A stretch of DNA of 64,000 nucleotides from an uncultured Bacilli bacterium (GCA_934162265.1 CAKPHZ010000001.1:3547-67546), one strand, 5' to 3'. Positions 11,758 to 22,539 are shown, numbered from the stretch's first letter. Numbers and translations: made by a program. The notes: a model not told the origin generated them from the letters alone.

Positions 11758-12923
11758 TTTTTTTCTCCTTGAATTTTCATATATATGTCAAAGACATTTT
11801 TTGCATTATTTTTTGAAGTATATTTTTCAGAAGATACTCTCTTAGCCTCGTTACCGATTTGATTTATTTTTTTCCTATTCTTTATACACCATTCTATTTT
11901 ATTTCTTAAACTTTCAATAGATGGATATTCAAAAAATAAACCAGTTTCATCTTCTACTATCAATTCCTTATTTGCACCTGTATTAGAGGCAATAGTGCAT
12001 AACCCAGCCATCATATATTCAACTGTAACACGACCAAATCCTTCAGAAAATGAACACATAAATCCAATATCATATCTATTTAACATTTGTCTAATGTTTG
12101 GTTGGTACCCCAAAAAATTAACCATAGAATTCATATTATTTTTATTAATGTATTTTTTTAAAGTTCTAACATAGTCACTAGGACCATCTCCAATAATATC
12201 AACTTTTATAAATTTTTTATATTTTTCTTCTAAATTATTAAGCGCTTCTAACATTATATACTGGCCTTTAGATTTGCTTATTGAGCCACTAAAACAGCAT
12301 TTAAGCAATTGAGAATTTGTTTTTATATCATTATATTCAATTTGTTCTACTCCATTATACACTCTTACAATTTTGTTTTCGTCAAGACCTTTATTTACCC
12401 AATGATTTTTTACTGCATCAGAAATAGCAATAAAATAATCACAGTGCTCATTCATAAATTTTATATAATTTTTTCTAAAAGCAATTCTATTATAATCTAA
12501 ATCACCAAATTCTCTCAAATGCCAAACGTGGGGAATATTATATTTTTTTGATAATATAGCCCCTATATCACAAACATTAACGTTAGTATGAATTATATCA
12601 AAATCGTTAATATCTAAACTTGATTCTATTTTTTTTAAGGCTATCAAGTTTTTTATTTTATATTTTAAATAAAATAATGGCAATAGTGTATTTCTTATGA
12701 ATTGTTTCTTTTTGGTTCCAGCTCCCATCATAAAATTACCATGTCCTGTCACAACATATTTCCAACCATTTTTTTTACAATAATCTGTAACATTTCCCAG
12801 TTTACTTACTAGTAAAACTGGTTCTATTCCATAGTCTTTATTTAAATTTGTTAGCATTTCTAACATAGAATGCACGGCTCCATACATTTCATCTCTATCA
12901 GAATGTACCATTAATAACTTCAT
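11754..12923 (-). CDS. Glycosyltransferase family 4
   Basis: C-terminal motif GRVTVEYMMAGLCTIASNTGANKELIVEDETGLFF. Confidence 0.8.
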   Translation of the reverse strand: MKLLMVHSDRDEMYGAVHSMLEMLTNLNKDYGIEPVLLVSKLGNVTDYCKKNGWKYVVTGHGNFMMGAGTKKKQFIRNTLLPLFYLKYKIKNLIALKKIESSLDINDFDIIHTNVNVCDIGAILSKKYNIPHVWHLREFGDLDYNRIAFRKNYIKFMNEHCDYFIAISDAVKNHWVNKGLDENKIVRVYNGVEQIEYNDIKTNSQLLKCCFSGSISKSKGQYIMLEALNNLEEKYKKFIKVDIIGDGPSDYVRTLKKYINKNNMNSMVNFLGYQPNIRQMLNRYDIGFMCSFSEGFGRVTVEYMMAGLCTIASNTGANKELIVEDETGLFFEYPSIESLRNKIEWCIKNRKKINQIGNEAKRVSSEKYTSKNNAKNVFDIYMKIQGEKK

Positions 12924-12937
12924 TATTTAGCCCTCCT

Positions 12938-13966
12938 TTAATTCCTAGTTGGTTTTAATTTACTTTTTTGAAATAACGGTTTTAAATACGAATGTACTAT
13001 TCCACAGCCTAATATCATAATTCTTCTAGGAAAAAGCTTTATAATAATATTTCTAATTTTTTTCTTACTAGTTATGACTTCTTCTGATAAAGGTTCAGAT
13101 GCCCACTTTGTATTTTTATATATTTCAATATAGTGATTTACTAATGGATGATTACATTCCTGTATCCAAGGTCTTCCCTTCATAAGAAAACAAGTGGTAA
13201 AATGGACTATTGATGGATTTTCTATTGCATCTTTATACTCTGAAAAACTAACCTTAATATGCGGCTTTCTAAGTCTATTTAACTCTTGATAATTTGTCAT
13301 AAAGAATACCGATGTAACGTTAAATTTTAATGGTAATAACTTTATTTCATCTTGAGCAATTTTACAAATTGCATCATTATCTGGAAATTCCAATATTCCA
13401 TTATACTTTTTTATTGCATCTACTAAAAGTTTTTCCATCTTTTCTTTTCTATATTTTTCTAGATCAATCAATAACACACCAGAATTGATGTAACAATTTT
13501 CATCTTTTATTCCCAAATTTTTTTGATATGCTATACTTCTATAGTCATTAATTGCTCCAAAGATTTTTCCATTTAAGGGATACTTCCACATATCCAACAA
13601 TGACTTTACAACCATTGTATCACAATCTAAATATATAACTTTTTTAATATCTTTAGGTAACAACGTATCTATTAAAATTCTCGAAAACATAGATGCAGAA
13701 TATCTCTTAATATCAACTTTTTCACCAATCAATTCATCAAAACTTGGCATTTCAATAAATTTAATTTTATCTTTCACATTAAATTTTTTTTCAATTGCAA
13801 TTAATCTTTTTTTATTTTGGGCAGATATTTGTTGAGAAATAATAAAAACATTGCAAATATTATCATTATTTGTTTCAAAAAGAGAATACAAAGATACTCC
13901 TAAAACTTTTGCGAAATTATCATCTGAGGCATATAAATAATTTATTGCTTCTTTATTTTTATTCAT
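12938..13966 (-). CDS. Glycosyltransferase family 8 (RfaJ/GspA-like)
   Basis: N-terminal motif YASDDNFAKVLGVSLYSL and the DxD motif YLDCDTMVV. Confidence 0.7.
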   Translation of the reverse strand: MNKNKEAINYLYASDDNFAKVLGVSLYSLFETNNDNICNVFIISQQISAQNKKRLIAIEKKFNVKDKIKFIEMPSFDELIGEKVDIKRYSASMFSRILIDTLLPKDIKKVIYLDCDTMVVKSLLDMWKYPLNGKIFGAINDYRSIAYQKNLGIKDENCYINSGVLLIDLEKYRKEKMEKLLVDAIKKYNGILEFPDNDAICKIAQDEIKLLPLKFNVTSVFFMTNYQELNRLRKPHIKVSFSEYKDAIENPSIVHFTTCFLMKGRPWIQECNHPLVNHYIEIYKNTKWASEPLSEEVITSKKKIRNIIIKLFPRRIMILGCGIVHSYLKPLFQKSKLKPTRN

Positions 13967-14008
13967 AAAACCACCTCATCAAACTATTTTTATTATTTGA
14001 ACTAAACA

Positions 14009-15394
14009 TTACTTAGCCCCCTTCTTCATCACTACAACTGCAATTGTTTTAAAGAAACATTTTATATCTAATAATAGAGAACAATTTTGTGCGTAGAAAT
14101 ATTCTAAATTTAATCTTTCTTCGTAATCAATATCACTTCTACCGTTAGCAGCCCACCATCCAGTAATTCCTGGTCTAACACTCTCATATATTTCATGATT
14201 TCCATTATGAGAATCTAATTCTCCAACAACAAGAGGTCTTGGGCCAATAAAAGACATATCTCCTTTTAATACATTAATAAACTGGGGCATTTCATCTAAT
14301 GATGTTTTTCTTAATACTTTTCCTATTTTTGTAATTCTAGGATCATTTTCTAATTTTTGATTAGCTTCCCATTCTTTTCTATACTTTTTCTTTTTTAGTA
14401 ATTTTTTTAATTCTTCATCCGCATTTGGTACCATACTTCTAAATTTATAAATATAAATTAACTTTCCATTTCTTCCTACTCGTTTTTGTGTATAAAAGAT
14501 ACTATTGGTATCTTTAGTTATTAAATACATTAATTTAACAATGATAGTAATAGGTAATAAAAATATAATTCCTATTAATGCGAAAAATATATCAACCATT
14601 CTTTTAACCCCAAAATATAATTTCTTTGAAATTGTAATACTATTTTCTAATTCTAACACTTCACTCTCATTCACTACATTCACTCCTAATATATTATTAA
14701 TGACTTTATCAGTATTATTTACTAATAAATCTTCTACTACCTTTTTACTTTTAACAATTTTAAATAAATCTTTTTCTATTTCTCTATTATAGATATTACT
14801 ACTACCATGATGAATATCACTTCCAATAAAATGAATCATTCCTCTTTTTAATAATTCTTTTATCATTTTTTGACTTTTTTTGCCATAATCTCCATATATA
14901 CTTCCTATATTTCCTTGTAATAAGCATCCTTTTTTAATTAAATTTTCAAAGAATGAATAATCTTTATCATAAGAAGTATATCTTTCTGGATGGGCAATAA
15001 TTGGGATTATATTTTTCTGTTTTAATTGATATAAGACTTCTTCTAATATTAAACATTTATTATTTAGTGGCAATTCTATTAAGAGATATCTACTATTATT
15101 TAGGGTAGATATACTTCTTAATTTTGAAGATAGAGAAGAATCAATATAGACTTCATTTCCTAAGTATAGATTGATATTAATATTTAATTCTTTTAATTTT
15201 TGATTAAGTTTTTTTAATCTTTGTTTTTTTTCTGTAATATTTGCTGTATAAATAGAACCTAGAATATAATGAGGAGTTAAGATAATGTCTGTAACCCCTC
15301 TTGCACTTGCTTTTTTTAATATTTCTATACTTTCTTCTAATGATTTTGCTCCATCATCTATGCCATATAATATGTGAGAATGGATATCTTTCAT
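14009..15394 (-). CDS. Fusion protein: CpsB/Wzh PHP-family tyrosine-protein phosphatase (N-terminal) plus initiating phosphoglycosyl transferase (bacterial sugar transferase, PglC/CpsE-like) (C-terminal)
   Basis: The N-terminus MKDIHSHILYGIDDGAKSLEES...AHPERY is CpsB PHP phosphatase. The C-terminus has a single re-entrant helix and the hallmarks YIYKFRSM and DEMPQFINVLKGDMSFIGPRP of PF02397 sugar transferases. Confidence 0.75.
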   Translation of the reverse strand: MKDIHSHILYGIDDGAKSLEESIEILKKASARGVTDIILTPHYILGSIYTANITEKKQRLKKLNQKLKELNININLYLGNEVYIDSSLSSKLRSISTLNNSRYLLIELPLNNKCLILEEVLYQLKQKNIIPIIAHPERYTSYDKDYSFFENLIKKGCLLQGNIGSIYGDYGKKSQKMIKELLKRGMIHFIGSDIHHGSSNIYNREIEKDLFKIVKSKKVVEDLLVNNTDKVINNILGVNVVNESEVLELENSITISKKLYFGVKRMVDIFFALIGIIFLLPITIIVKLMYLITKDTNSIFYTQKRVGRNGKLIYIYKFRSMVPNADEELKKLLKKKKYRKEWEANQKLENDPRITKIGKVLRKTSLDEMPQFINVLKGDMSFIGPRPLVVGELDSHNGNHEIYESVRPGITGWWAANGRSDIDYEERLNLEYFYAQNCSLLLDIKCFFKTIAVVVMKKGAK

Positions 15395-16074
15395 TAGTAT
15401 GTTTCGTAATAGTTTTTATAATATTTGCTATTTGTTGCATCTACTCTATTTAGAATAATACCAGAAATATTTGCATTAACATTCTCTAATGCTTCTTTTG
15501 TGGCTTCTAGAGTTTCCATAGAAGTCTTTTTTGCTCTTGCTACAATTAATACAGTATCGGCAAGTCTAGTCATCACTAAGGCATCAGTCAATCCAATTAC
15601 TGGAGTTGTGTCAAAGATGATAATATCGTATTTCTCTTTTAAATGTTCAACAACGGTTTCTATTTTTTTACTTTCTAATAAAGCACTTGGATTTGGTGGC
15701 ATAGATCCTGTTGTTAAAATATCTAAATTATAAACTTCTGTTGGTTTGATATATTGTTTTAAATTCTTTTTCCAATTATCATCAATTAATAAATTAGATA
15801 ATCCTAATGTAGGTTCACTGCTATTTGTAAATAATTGGGATTGTCTTCCTCTTCTTAAATCACAGTCAATTAATAATACTTTATCTGTACTTGTGGCAAA
15901 TGAAGCAGCTAAATTAGCTGAAATAAAACTTTTTCCTTCATTTGCTACTGAACTTGTAATTAAAATTGTTTGAATTTTTTTATTAATAGATGAAAATTTT
16001 AAGTTTGTACGAACGGTTTTAATAGCTTCCGTTACCGAAGATTTTGGATAGCGATTAATTAATATTTCATTCAT
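15394..16074 (-). CDS. cpsD: BY-kinase cytoplasmic ATPase (CpsD/Wze tyrosine-protein kinase)
   Basis: Walker A motif SSVANEGKS, Walker A' motif, and a C-terminal tyrosine cluster KYYKNYYETY. Confidence 0.85.
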   Translation of the reverse strand: MNEILINRYPKSSVTEAIKTVRTNLKFSSINKKIQTILITSSVANEGKSFISANLAASFATSTDKVLLIDCDLRRGRQSQLFTNSSEPTLGLSNLLIDDNWKKNLKQYIKPTEVYNLDILTTGSMPPNPSALLESKKIETVVEHLKEKYDIIIFDTTPVIGLTDALVMTRLADTVLIVARAKKTSMETLEATKEALENVNANISGIILNRVDATNSKYYKNYYETY

Positions 16075-16076
16075 GA

Positions 16077-16976
16077 CTATTCCTCCTCTTTCTTCGTTCT
16101 TTTTCTTGTTGTCTTTGTTGTTTTAGTAGTTTTTGCTGTTGCTTTTGCTGCTGTTTTTGTTGTTTTAGTAGTTTTTGTTGTTTTTTTAGTAGTAGATTTA
16201 GGAGATTCTACTTTCTTATCAATTTTTTCAAATTCTTCATCTGCTACTGTAAGATTATTCTGAATGTGTACTTCTTTCTCTTCCTTATTTTTTTGATTCA
16301 CTAATTTTTTAGCAATAGGAACTTCTCCTAATACTGGTAAATTTAGCTTGTCCTCTACTTCTTTTTTACTCTTTACTGTTCCATCAAAATAGTACATTAC
16401 AAAAACAATACCACAAGATAAAACTAATCCTAAGCAAGTAAAGATAATCATTTGTTTGACTAAATTAACATTATAAGGAATATCTTCTACTACTGCTTCA
16501 TCTATAATTGTTACATTCTCTAAGTCATAAATTTTAACAATTTCTGCTTTAAATACACCAGCAATTTGATTAGCAATAGATGCTGCTTTCTTTTTACTAG
16601 CATCACTTACCGTGATTTTAATAATTGAAGTATCACTAGCCGATGTTACTGTAATGTTTTTCGCTAACTCACTTTCTGTTAAATCTAACTTTAAGTTTTG
16701 AATAACTTGGGATAAAATCCTTCTAGATTTAATTAACTCACTATAAGTTGATACCAACTTTTCACTAATGGTTAACTCATTTTGTGTTTCGTATGCGGTT
16801 GTTGCCCTGTTATTTTTTTGTACCAAAATAATTGTTGTTGTACCATGGTACATTGGTACTTGAATTTCCTCTACATAATAGTAACCAATTAAAGCAACTA
16901 AAATAGTCATTAAGATAATAATATATGATTTTTTTAAGTAATACTTTAATAGATCCATTAAATTTAATTCTTCCAT
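16077..16976 (-). CDS. cpsC: Polysaccharide co-polymerase / chain-length regulator (CpsC/Wzd, Wzz domain) with a Lys-Thr repeat tail
   Basis: N-terminal transmembrane helix, a periplasmic-type Wzz region and a second transmembrane helix, followed by a KTTKTTKTTKTAAKATAKTTKTTKTT low-complexity tail. Confidence 0.8.
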   Translation of the reverse strand: MEELNLMDLLKYYLKKSYIIILMTILVALIGYYYVEEIQVPMYHGTTTIILVQKNNRATTAYETQNELTISEKLVSTYSELIKSRRILSQVIQNLKLDLTESELAKNITVTSASDTSIIKITVSDASKKKAASIANQIAGVFKAEIVKIYDLENVTIIDEAVVEDIPYNVNLVKQMIIFTCLGLVLSCGIVFVMYYFDGTVKSKKEVEDKLNLPVLGEVPIAKKLVNQKNKEEKEVHIQNNLTVADEEFEKIDKKVESPKSTTKKTTKTTKTTKTAAKATAKTTKTTKTTRKRTKKEEE

Positions 16977-17150
16977 AACTCCTCCTCTTTCAAAATTTGG
17001 TTTTTATCTTACCACCAAAATTAATTTTTGTCTACTAAATAGTTAAGTTTTTAACTTCATTTTTTAGATTTGTTATATTCTGATTATTGATTAGTATTTT
17101 AAGCAAAAAAAAAGATTGATATTTAAAGTTAAATATCATATCTTATTATC

Positions 17151-17930
17151 TTAAAATGTATATCCACCATCTACACCAATATTTTGAGATGTAATATATC
17201 TTGCTTCTTCACTACATAAGAATGCTACCATATTGGCAATATCAATAGGATCTTGAGGTTTACCATTAGGAGTTCCTTTATTCCATTCTTTCCATACTTC
17301 TTCTCTTTTTTGTAAATCACTTCCTGCAATTTGATCAAGTATTTCTTCCCACATACTGGTTCTAATAATTCCTGGACAAATACAATTGACTGTTACATTA
17401 TCTAATGCGGCTTCTCTACCTAAAGATGCTGTTGCTGCTAGAACAGCTGCTTTAGTAGCACTATAAACACTGAATCCTCCTAAGCAAGCTTTTGCTGCGA
17501 TTGAAGACATATTAACTATCTTTCCAAATTTTTGTGGTCTCATTAATGCTAGTGCTTCACGACAAGAATATAATGTTCCTTTAATATTAACATCTATTGA
17601 TAAATCTATATCATGTAGGCTTTGTTTTGTAATTTCTTCCGTTAAGCAAACTCCAGCACTATTTACTACAAAATCTACTCTTCCCCATTCTTCAATTATT
17701 TTTTCATACATTTCATGTACACTCGTTGGATTAGTCACATCTAATGGATAAGCGATTGCTTCTTGACCTAGTTTTCTGATTTCATCGCAAACTTCTTCAC
17801 ATCTTTCTGGAATTTTATCTGCAACTAATACTGATGCACCATTTTTGGCAAAAAGTAAGGCACATTCTCTACCAAGTCCACTACCGCCTCCTGTTACTAA
17901 TGCTTTTTTTCCTTTAAAATTAAATTCCAT
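17151..17930 (-). CDS. Short-chain dehydrogenase/reductase (SDR) family oxidoreductase
   Basis: TGGGSGLG cofactor-binding motif and a YSATK catalytic motif. Confidence 0.8.
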   Translation of the reverse strand: MEFNFKGKKALVTGGGSGLGRECALLFAKNGASVLVADKIPERCEEVCDEIRKLGQEAIAYPLDVTNPTSVHEMYEKIIEEWGRVDFVVNSAGVCLTEEITKQSLHDIDLSIDVNIKGTLYSCREALALMRPQKFGKIVNMSSIAAKACLGGFSVYSATKAAVLAATASLGREAALDNVTVNCICPGIIRTSMWEEILDQIAGSDLQKREEVWKEWNKGTPNGKPQDPIDIANMVAFLCSEEARYITSQNIGVDGGYTF

Positions 17931-18017
17931 TTATCTTACCTCTTTTCTATTTTCTTTTTAATTATATCATAAATTAGTATAAATATATGAATAATCTTTA
18001 AAATACTTATTATTTTT

Positions 18018-20180
18018 TTACTCTGGTAATCCTCCACTTAGTGTTAAATGGACGGTTGCATCATCTCCTACGATAATTCCTTCTGGAATACTTTGAGAGA
18101 CAACATAACCTTTTCCTTCTAATTCATATTTTACCCCCATTAGTTTTAAAATATTCATGGCATCCTTATAAGATAATCCTACTAAATTGGGCATTGCTTT
18201 ATTATATTTATCTGTTAATAATGCTACAACGCTTCCTTTATAAAGTTTTCGATTAGCACTTGGATATTGAGAGATAATTTTTTCTCCTGTACCTAAAACA
18301 TATAATTTTGTATAACTTTCTAATTCACTTTTAATATTACTTGTATTTTTATTTCTATAATTTTTTACTTGATAAGTAGTTGTTTTATTATTATCCGATA
18401 CAATATTTAAATATTTACTAGTATTTACAACAACATCTTTTACCGCAGGTGCTACATAATTTGTTGTATCTTTTGGTTTCTTTAATCCTGTATAAATAAT
18501 AATTTCTGGATTATCAGCAGGATAAATTCCGGCAAAGGAATAAATATAATCTGATGCGCCTTTCATATAAGTTCCTGTTTTTTCATCATAGATTTGTGCT
18601 GTACCAGTTTTTCCCATCATAGGATATCCTTCCATATAATAAGGACTTCCTGTACATTGTTTAGAATCATTACAAACCACACTTTTCATTAACTCTTTAA
18701 TTTTTTCTATACTTTTTGCATCACTTACTTCATCAATAACTTCTGCCATTTCTTCTTGTTTTACTTTCTTAGTATTAGAGTCAACTATCTTAGAAACGAT
18801 ATAAGGTCTTAATAATTTTCCATCATTACTGATTGCCGTTAGAGCTTGAACCATTTGAATTGGCGTAATGGTAATTGCTTGCCCAAAAGTTGCCGATGCG
18901 GCATCAACATCATAATTAAATCTGACTTTACCACTCACTTCTCGATTCAAAGTAAAACCTGTCTTTTTTCCAAATCCATAATTACTGTAGCAACTTTTTA
19001 ATGTTTTTTTATCTATCATATTACTTCGAAGTAATCCAGCTGCTCCCACATTAGAACTCATTGCAAATCCATAATCATAAGTAATAGTTCCCCATCCTAC
19101 TTTATTCCAATCATGGACAACTGTTTTACTTCCATCATTTGCTACATACTCAATTTCTCCAGATTGATAAGTACTATTTCCCTCATAATTTCCTTTATCC
19201 ATAGCACATAAATAACTAAATATTTTCATTGTACTTCCTGGTTCATAAGAAAGTCCTGTCATTAAATCTACATAACTAGTCATATTCTTTTTATTAGGAT
19301 CAAAAGAAGGAGAAGTACTATAAGATAAAATTGATCCTGTCTTGGCATCAGCAACAATCATAAATCCCCATTCTGCTTTACTATCAGTCATCATTTTTTT
19401 TACAGCATTTTCCGTAAATAATTGAATGTTGCTATCAATGGTTAAATAAATGTTATCTCCATTTTCTGCCTCTTCTATATATTCTCGTCCATTAGCTATT
19501 TTATACCCATTCCGATCTTTTTCATACGTTTTATACCCACTTCGACCAGTTAAGTTTTCATTAAAGTATTCTTCTATTCCCAGTTGTCCTACCTTCCATA
19601 CATTTCCATCAGAATCTTTCTCATTAATAGTATAACCTACAGCATATGAAGCAAAGTCTCCGTTTGGATAGTATCTTTTTGTACTTGCTACAAAGTCTAT
19701 TCCAGGAAGGTTTAGATTTTTTATTTCTTCCATTTGTATTTGACTTAAATTTCTTCCTCCAGGTCCAAGTTCTACTTGATAAGCATCTTTTTTTAATAAA
19801 ATTTTTAATACTTCGACATCCATATTTAAATAAGGGGCTAATTTTTCGGCAGTAATATCTGGATCTACTACATGAAGTGGTTTTTCACTTCCCTTACTTC
19901 TACTTTTATCTAAATAAGCAATTACAGTATAACTTGCAACATCTTCTGCTAAAACATTTCCTGATTTATCTAGGATACTTCCTCTTTTTGGTAGTAGTGT
20001 TTCTTCTTTGGTATTTCTATTTTTAATAAATGCTGTAATGGTTTCGTTTCCTACTTGATAGTCTGTTGTACAAAGATAAATGATTCTTCCTGCAAAGATA
20101 CAAAAAAGGAAGATAGTTAGAGGAAACATGATATAATTTGGTTTTATTTTATTTATATTTAATTTCTTTTTCCTCGCCAT
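18018..20180 (-). CDS. pbpB: Class B penicillin-binding protein with C-terminal PASTA domains (PBP2B/PBP2x/FtsI-like)
   Basis: Transpeptidase motifs STMK, SSN and KTG, plus two C-terminal PASTA repeats. It lies downstream of rsmH-ftsL, which is dcw-cluster order. Confidence 0.85.
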   Translation of the reverse strand: MARKKKLNINKIKPNYIMFPLTIFLFCIFAGRIIYLCTTDYQVGNETITAFIKNRNTKEETLLPKRGSILDKSGNVLAEDVASYTVIAYLDKSRSKGSEKPLHVVDPDITAEKLAPYLNMDVEVLKILLKKDAYQVELGPGGRNLSQIQMEEIKNLNLPGIDFVASTKRYYPNGDFASYAVGYTINEKDSDGNVWKVGQLGIEEYFNENLTGRSGYKTYEKDRNGYKIANGREYIEEAENGDNIYLTIDSNIQLFTENAVKKMMTDSKAEWGFMIVADAKTGSILSYSTSPSFDPNKKNMTSYVDLMTGLSYEPGSTMKIFSYLCAMDKGNYEGNSTYQSGEIEYVANDGSKTVVHDWNKVGWGTITYDYGFAMSSNVGAAGLLRSNMIDKKTLKSCYSNYGFGKKTGFTLNREVSGKVRFNYDVDAASATFGQAITITPIQMVQALTAISNDGKLLRPYIVSKIVDSNTKKVKQEEMAEVIDEVSDAKSIEKIKELMKSVVCNDSKQCTGSPYYMEGYPMMGKTGTAQIYDEKTGTYMKGASDYIYSFAGIYPADNPEIIIYTGLKKPKDTTNYVAPAVKDVVVNTSKYLNIVSDNNKTTTYQVKNYRNKNTSNIKSELESYTKLYVLGTGEKIISQYPSANRKLYKGSVVALLTDKYNKAMPNLVGLSYKDAMNILKLMGVKYELEGKGYVVSQSIPEGIIVGDDATVHLTLSGGLPE

Positions 20181-20219
20181 ATATTCCCTTCTTTCTTCTT
20201 TTAAAATACTTATTTAGAT

Positions 20220-20528
20220 TTATTTTATTGTTTTAATGTTTTCACTGTGATAAGTTAGTCCATATCTTTCACTAATTTCTTTAATATTATCTAAAGATGT
20301 CATTTCATCTATTTTCATATTTAAACTTTCAATTCTTTTTCTTTGTTTTTCTACTTCAGCTTCTTGTTTTTGGATATCTAAATTCATTTGGGCTAATGAA
20401 GTTTCGCTGCAAACTATTCCTACAATTAAAAGTATGATAATTACTGCGAATAATTTATAGATAAATCTTTCTAAACTACTTAAGAATGTTTTTTTCTTCT
20501 TCTTTTTCATTTTATTTAATCCTTTCAA
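20220..20528 (-). CDS. ftsL: Cell division protein FtsL
   Basis: Small bitopic protein with a poly-Lys N-terminus, one transmembrane helix and a coiled coil, positioned between rsmH and the PBP gene. Confidence 0.6.
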   Translation of the reverse strand: MKGLNKMKKKKKKTFLSSLERFIYKLFAVIIILLIVGIVCSETSLAQMNLDIQKQEAEVEKQRKRIESLNMKIDEMTSLDNIKEISERYGLTYHSENIKTIK

Positions 20529-21444
20529 TTACTCTAAGTCGTGCACTATGGGCTCTTGTATTTTCATTTAATTCTTCCCTACTTGCTATAATTCCTTTAG
20601 AAATAATTTTATATTTTGGTAAATACTCTTCTGGAATAAATGGTAAATTTTTAAATTCTTTAGGAATGCTACTATATTCTTGAAACATATTTTTTACTAT
20701 TCTGTCTTCTAATGAATGAAAGCTAATGACACAGCATCTTCCTCCTATATCTAATAAATCTAAAGCTTGTTTTAATCCTGTTTTTAAAACATCTAATTCA
20801 TGATTTACTTCAATTCTTATTGCTTGGAAGGTTTTTCTTGCTGGGTGTCCATCACGCATTGCTTTCATTGGCATACTCATTTTAATGATATCTACTAGTT
20901 GAAAAGTTGTTTCTATGGGTTGTTTTTCTCTTTCTTTAATGATATTTTTAGCAATACTTGTTGCATATTTTTCTTCTCCATAATCTCTTAATATTCTTAC
21001 TAATTCAGGGTAAGAGTATGTATTTACTACATCATGAGCAGAAAATGGTGAAGTAGTATCCATTCTCATATCCAATTTTGCATCCTGATGAAAACTAAAA
21101 CCTCTTTTCGCATCATCAATTTGTACAGATGATACCCCTAAATCAAAAAGAATGCCATTTACTTTATCCACTTGATAATTGGCTAATTTTTCTTTCAACT
21201 TAGAAAAGTTACTTCTAATGATGGTGTAATGATTTGAAATTGTCTTTAATTTTTCATTACTTTTCTCAATCGCAAAATCATCTTGATCGAAGCCATATAA
21301 ATGTCCATTCGTTAATTTTTTTAAAATCTCACTGCTATGTCCTGCATAACCTAGGGTAGCATCCACATAAATACCATCTGGTTGAATATTCAAGTTTTCA
21401 ATCACTTCGTTTAATAAAACACTTTTATGATACATCAGCATCAC
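20512..21444 (-). CDS. rsmH: 16S rRNA (cytosine1402-N4)-methyltransferase RsmH (MraW)
   Basis: N-terminal motif HKSVLLNEVIENL...DGIYVDATLGYAGHS and the 310-aa length typical of RsmH. Confidence 0.9.
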   Translation of the reverse strand: MMLMYHKSVLLNEVIENLNIQPDGIYVDATLGYAGHSSEILKKLTNGHLYGFDQDDFAIEKSNEKLKTISNHYTIIRSNFSKLKEKLANYQVDKVNGILFDLGVSSVQIDDAKRGFSFHQDAKLDMRMDTTSPFSAHDVVNTYSYPELVRILRDYGEEKYATSIAKNIIKEREKQPIETTFQLVDIIKMSMPMKAMRDGHPARKTFQAIRIEVNHELDVLKTGLKQALDLLDIGGRCCVISFHSLEDRIVKNMFQEYSSIPKEFKNLPFIPEEYLPKYKIISKGIIASREELNENTRAHSARLRVIERIK

Positions 21445-21521
21445 CTCATACTATTTTTATTATATCATGAATTTATATGATTTCAAAAAAAAGAATGAAC
21501 TTTACATTTAAGTTAACATTC

Positions 21522-21794
21522 TTATTTAATAAATTCTTTTAATTTATTTTCAGGAATAAATCCTACATTTCTTTTTAATTCTTTTCCTTTATCAAAAAGA
21601 ATTAAACAAGGGATGCTCATTACTCCATATTTTCTAGCAAGTTCTGGATTTTCATCGACATTCACTTTCAGTACTTTAACTTCTTCTAATTTTTCTAAAA
21701 TAGGACTTAACATTTTGCATGGTCCACACCAATTGGCATAAAAATCAACTAATACTTTTTCTTGAATAAGTTCATCAAAATTATTTATCATCAT
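21522..21794 (-). CDS. trxA: Thioredoxin
   Basis: WCGPCK active-site motif; 90 aa. Confidence 0.8.
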   Translation of the reverse strand: MMINNFDELIQEKVLVDFYANWCGPCKMLSPILEKLEEVKVLKVNVDENPELARKYGVMSIPCLILFDKGKELKRNVGFIPENKLKEFIK

Positions 21795-22539
21795 ATCTCT
21801 CCTTTAACTCTTGATATAAATTTTTATTTTGTTGATATTTATCTATCAAAGACTTATCTTCAATAGATATTTTATTGGATTCTACTAATTTTTTGGCACT
21901 TTCTGGGGTAATTAATTTGTGGTCTAATAAACTAGTTAAAACAAGTGTATTAATTTCGTCGTTACTTCTTCCTTTTTTGTTTTGAATAATCTCCCATACG
22001 TCACTATAAACTTCTACTGTATCATCAGCCATTTCTGATAAAATAGGAGTATTTTTTAATATTATTCCTCCAAATTTTGAATTACTGATGAAAGTTAAAT
22101 TGAAAAGTGGCATATTAAGAATGTAGAGAATGAAAAAGATATAAACATAATATTCAATAACTCCAATAAACAAGCCTATTAGTTTGGAAGGTAAACTTAA
22201 AAATACTGTCATTTTCACTAACCACTCTACTAATCCTGTTATTACAATTAACACTCTTAGTATGAAATATATGAAGAAAAATATAACCAAAAAGGAGATT
22301 AATTGATAAAGTAAAATATTTAAGGAATCAAGCCCACGAATAATCCCAAAAAAGTTATAGAACGGTAAATTCTCGTATAAAGTTACCATTAATTTGTCTT
22401 TTAAGTAAAATGCTACTAAAACAACTAGAAAAAAGCCAATAAAACGGGTTAATTCTTTAATTGCCCCACTTTTAAATCCAATCAAACCACCTAATGCTAA
22501 AAAGACGAGAATAAATACATCTACTAATCCAATTACCAT
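21781..22539 (-). CDS. cvpA: CvpA family membrane protein
   Basis: Four to five transmembrane helices and a CvpA-like N-terminus (VDVFILVFLALGGLIGFKSGAIKEL). Confidence 0.55.
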   Translation of the reverse strand: MVIGLVDVFILVFLALGGLIGFKSGAIKELTRFIGFFLVVLVAFYLKDKLMVTLYENLPFYNFFGIIRGLDSLNILLYQLISFLVIFFFIYFILRVLIVITGLVEWLVKMTVFLSLPSKLIGLFIGVIEYYVYIFFILYILNMPLFNLTFISNSKFGGIILKNTPILSEMADDTVEVYSDVWEIIQNKKGRSNDEINTLVLTSLLDHKLITPESAKKLVESNKISIEDKSLIDKYQQNKNLYQELKERYDDK

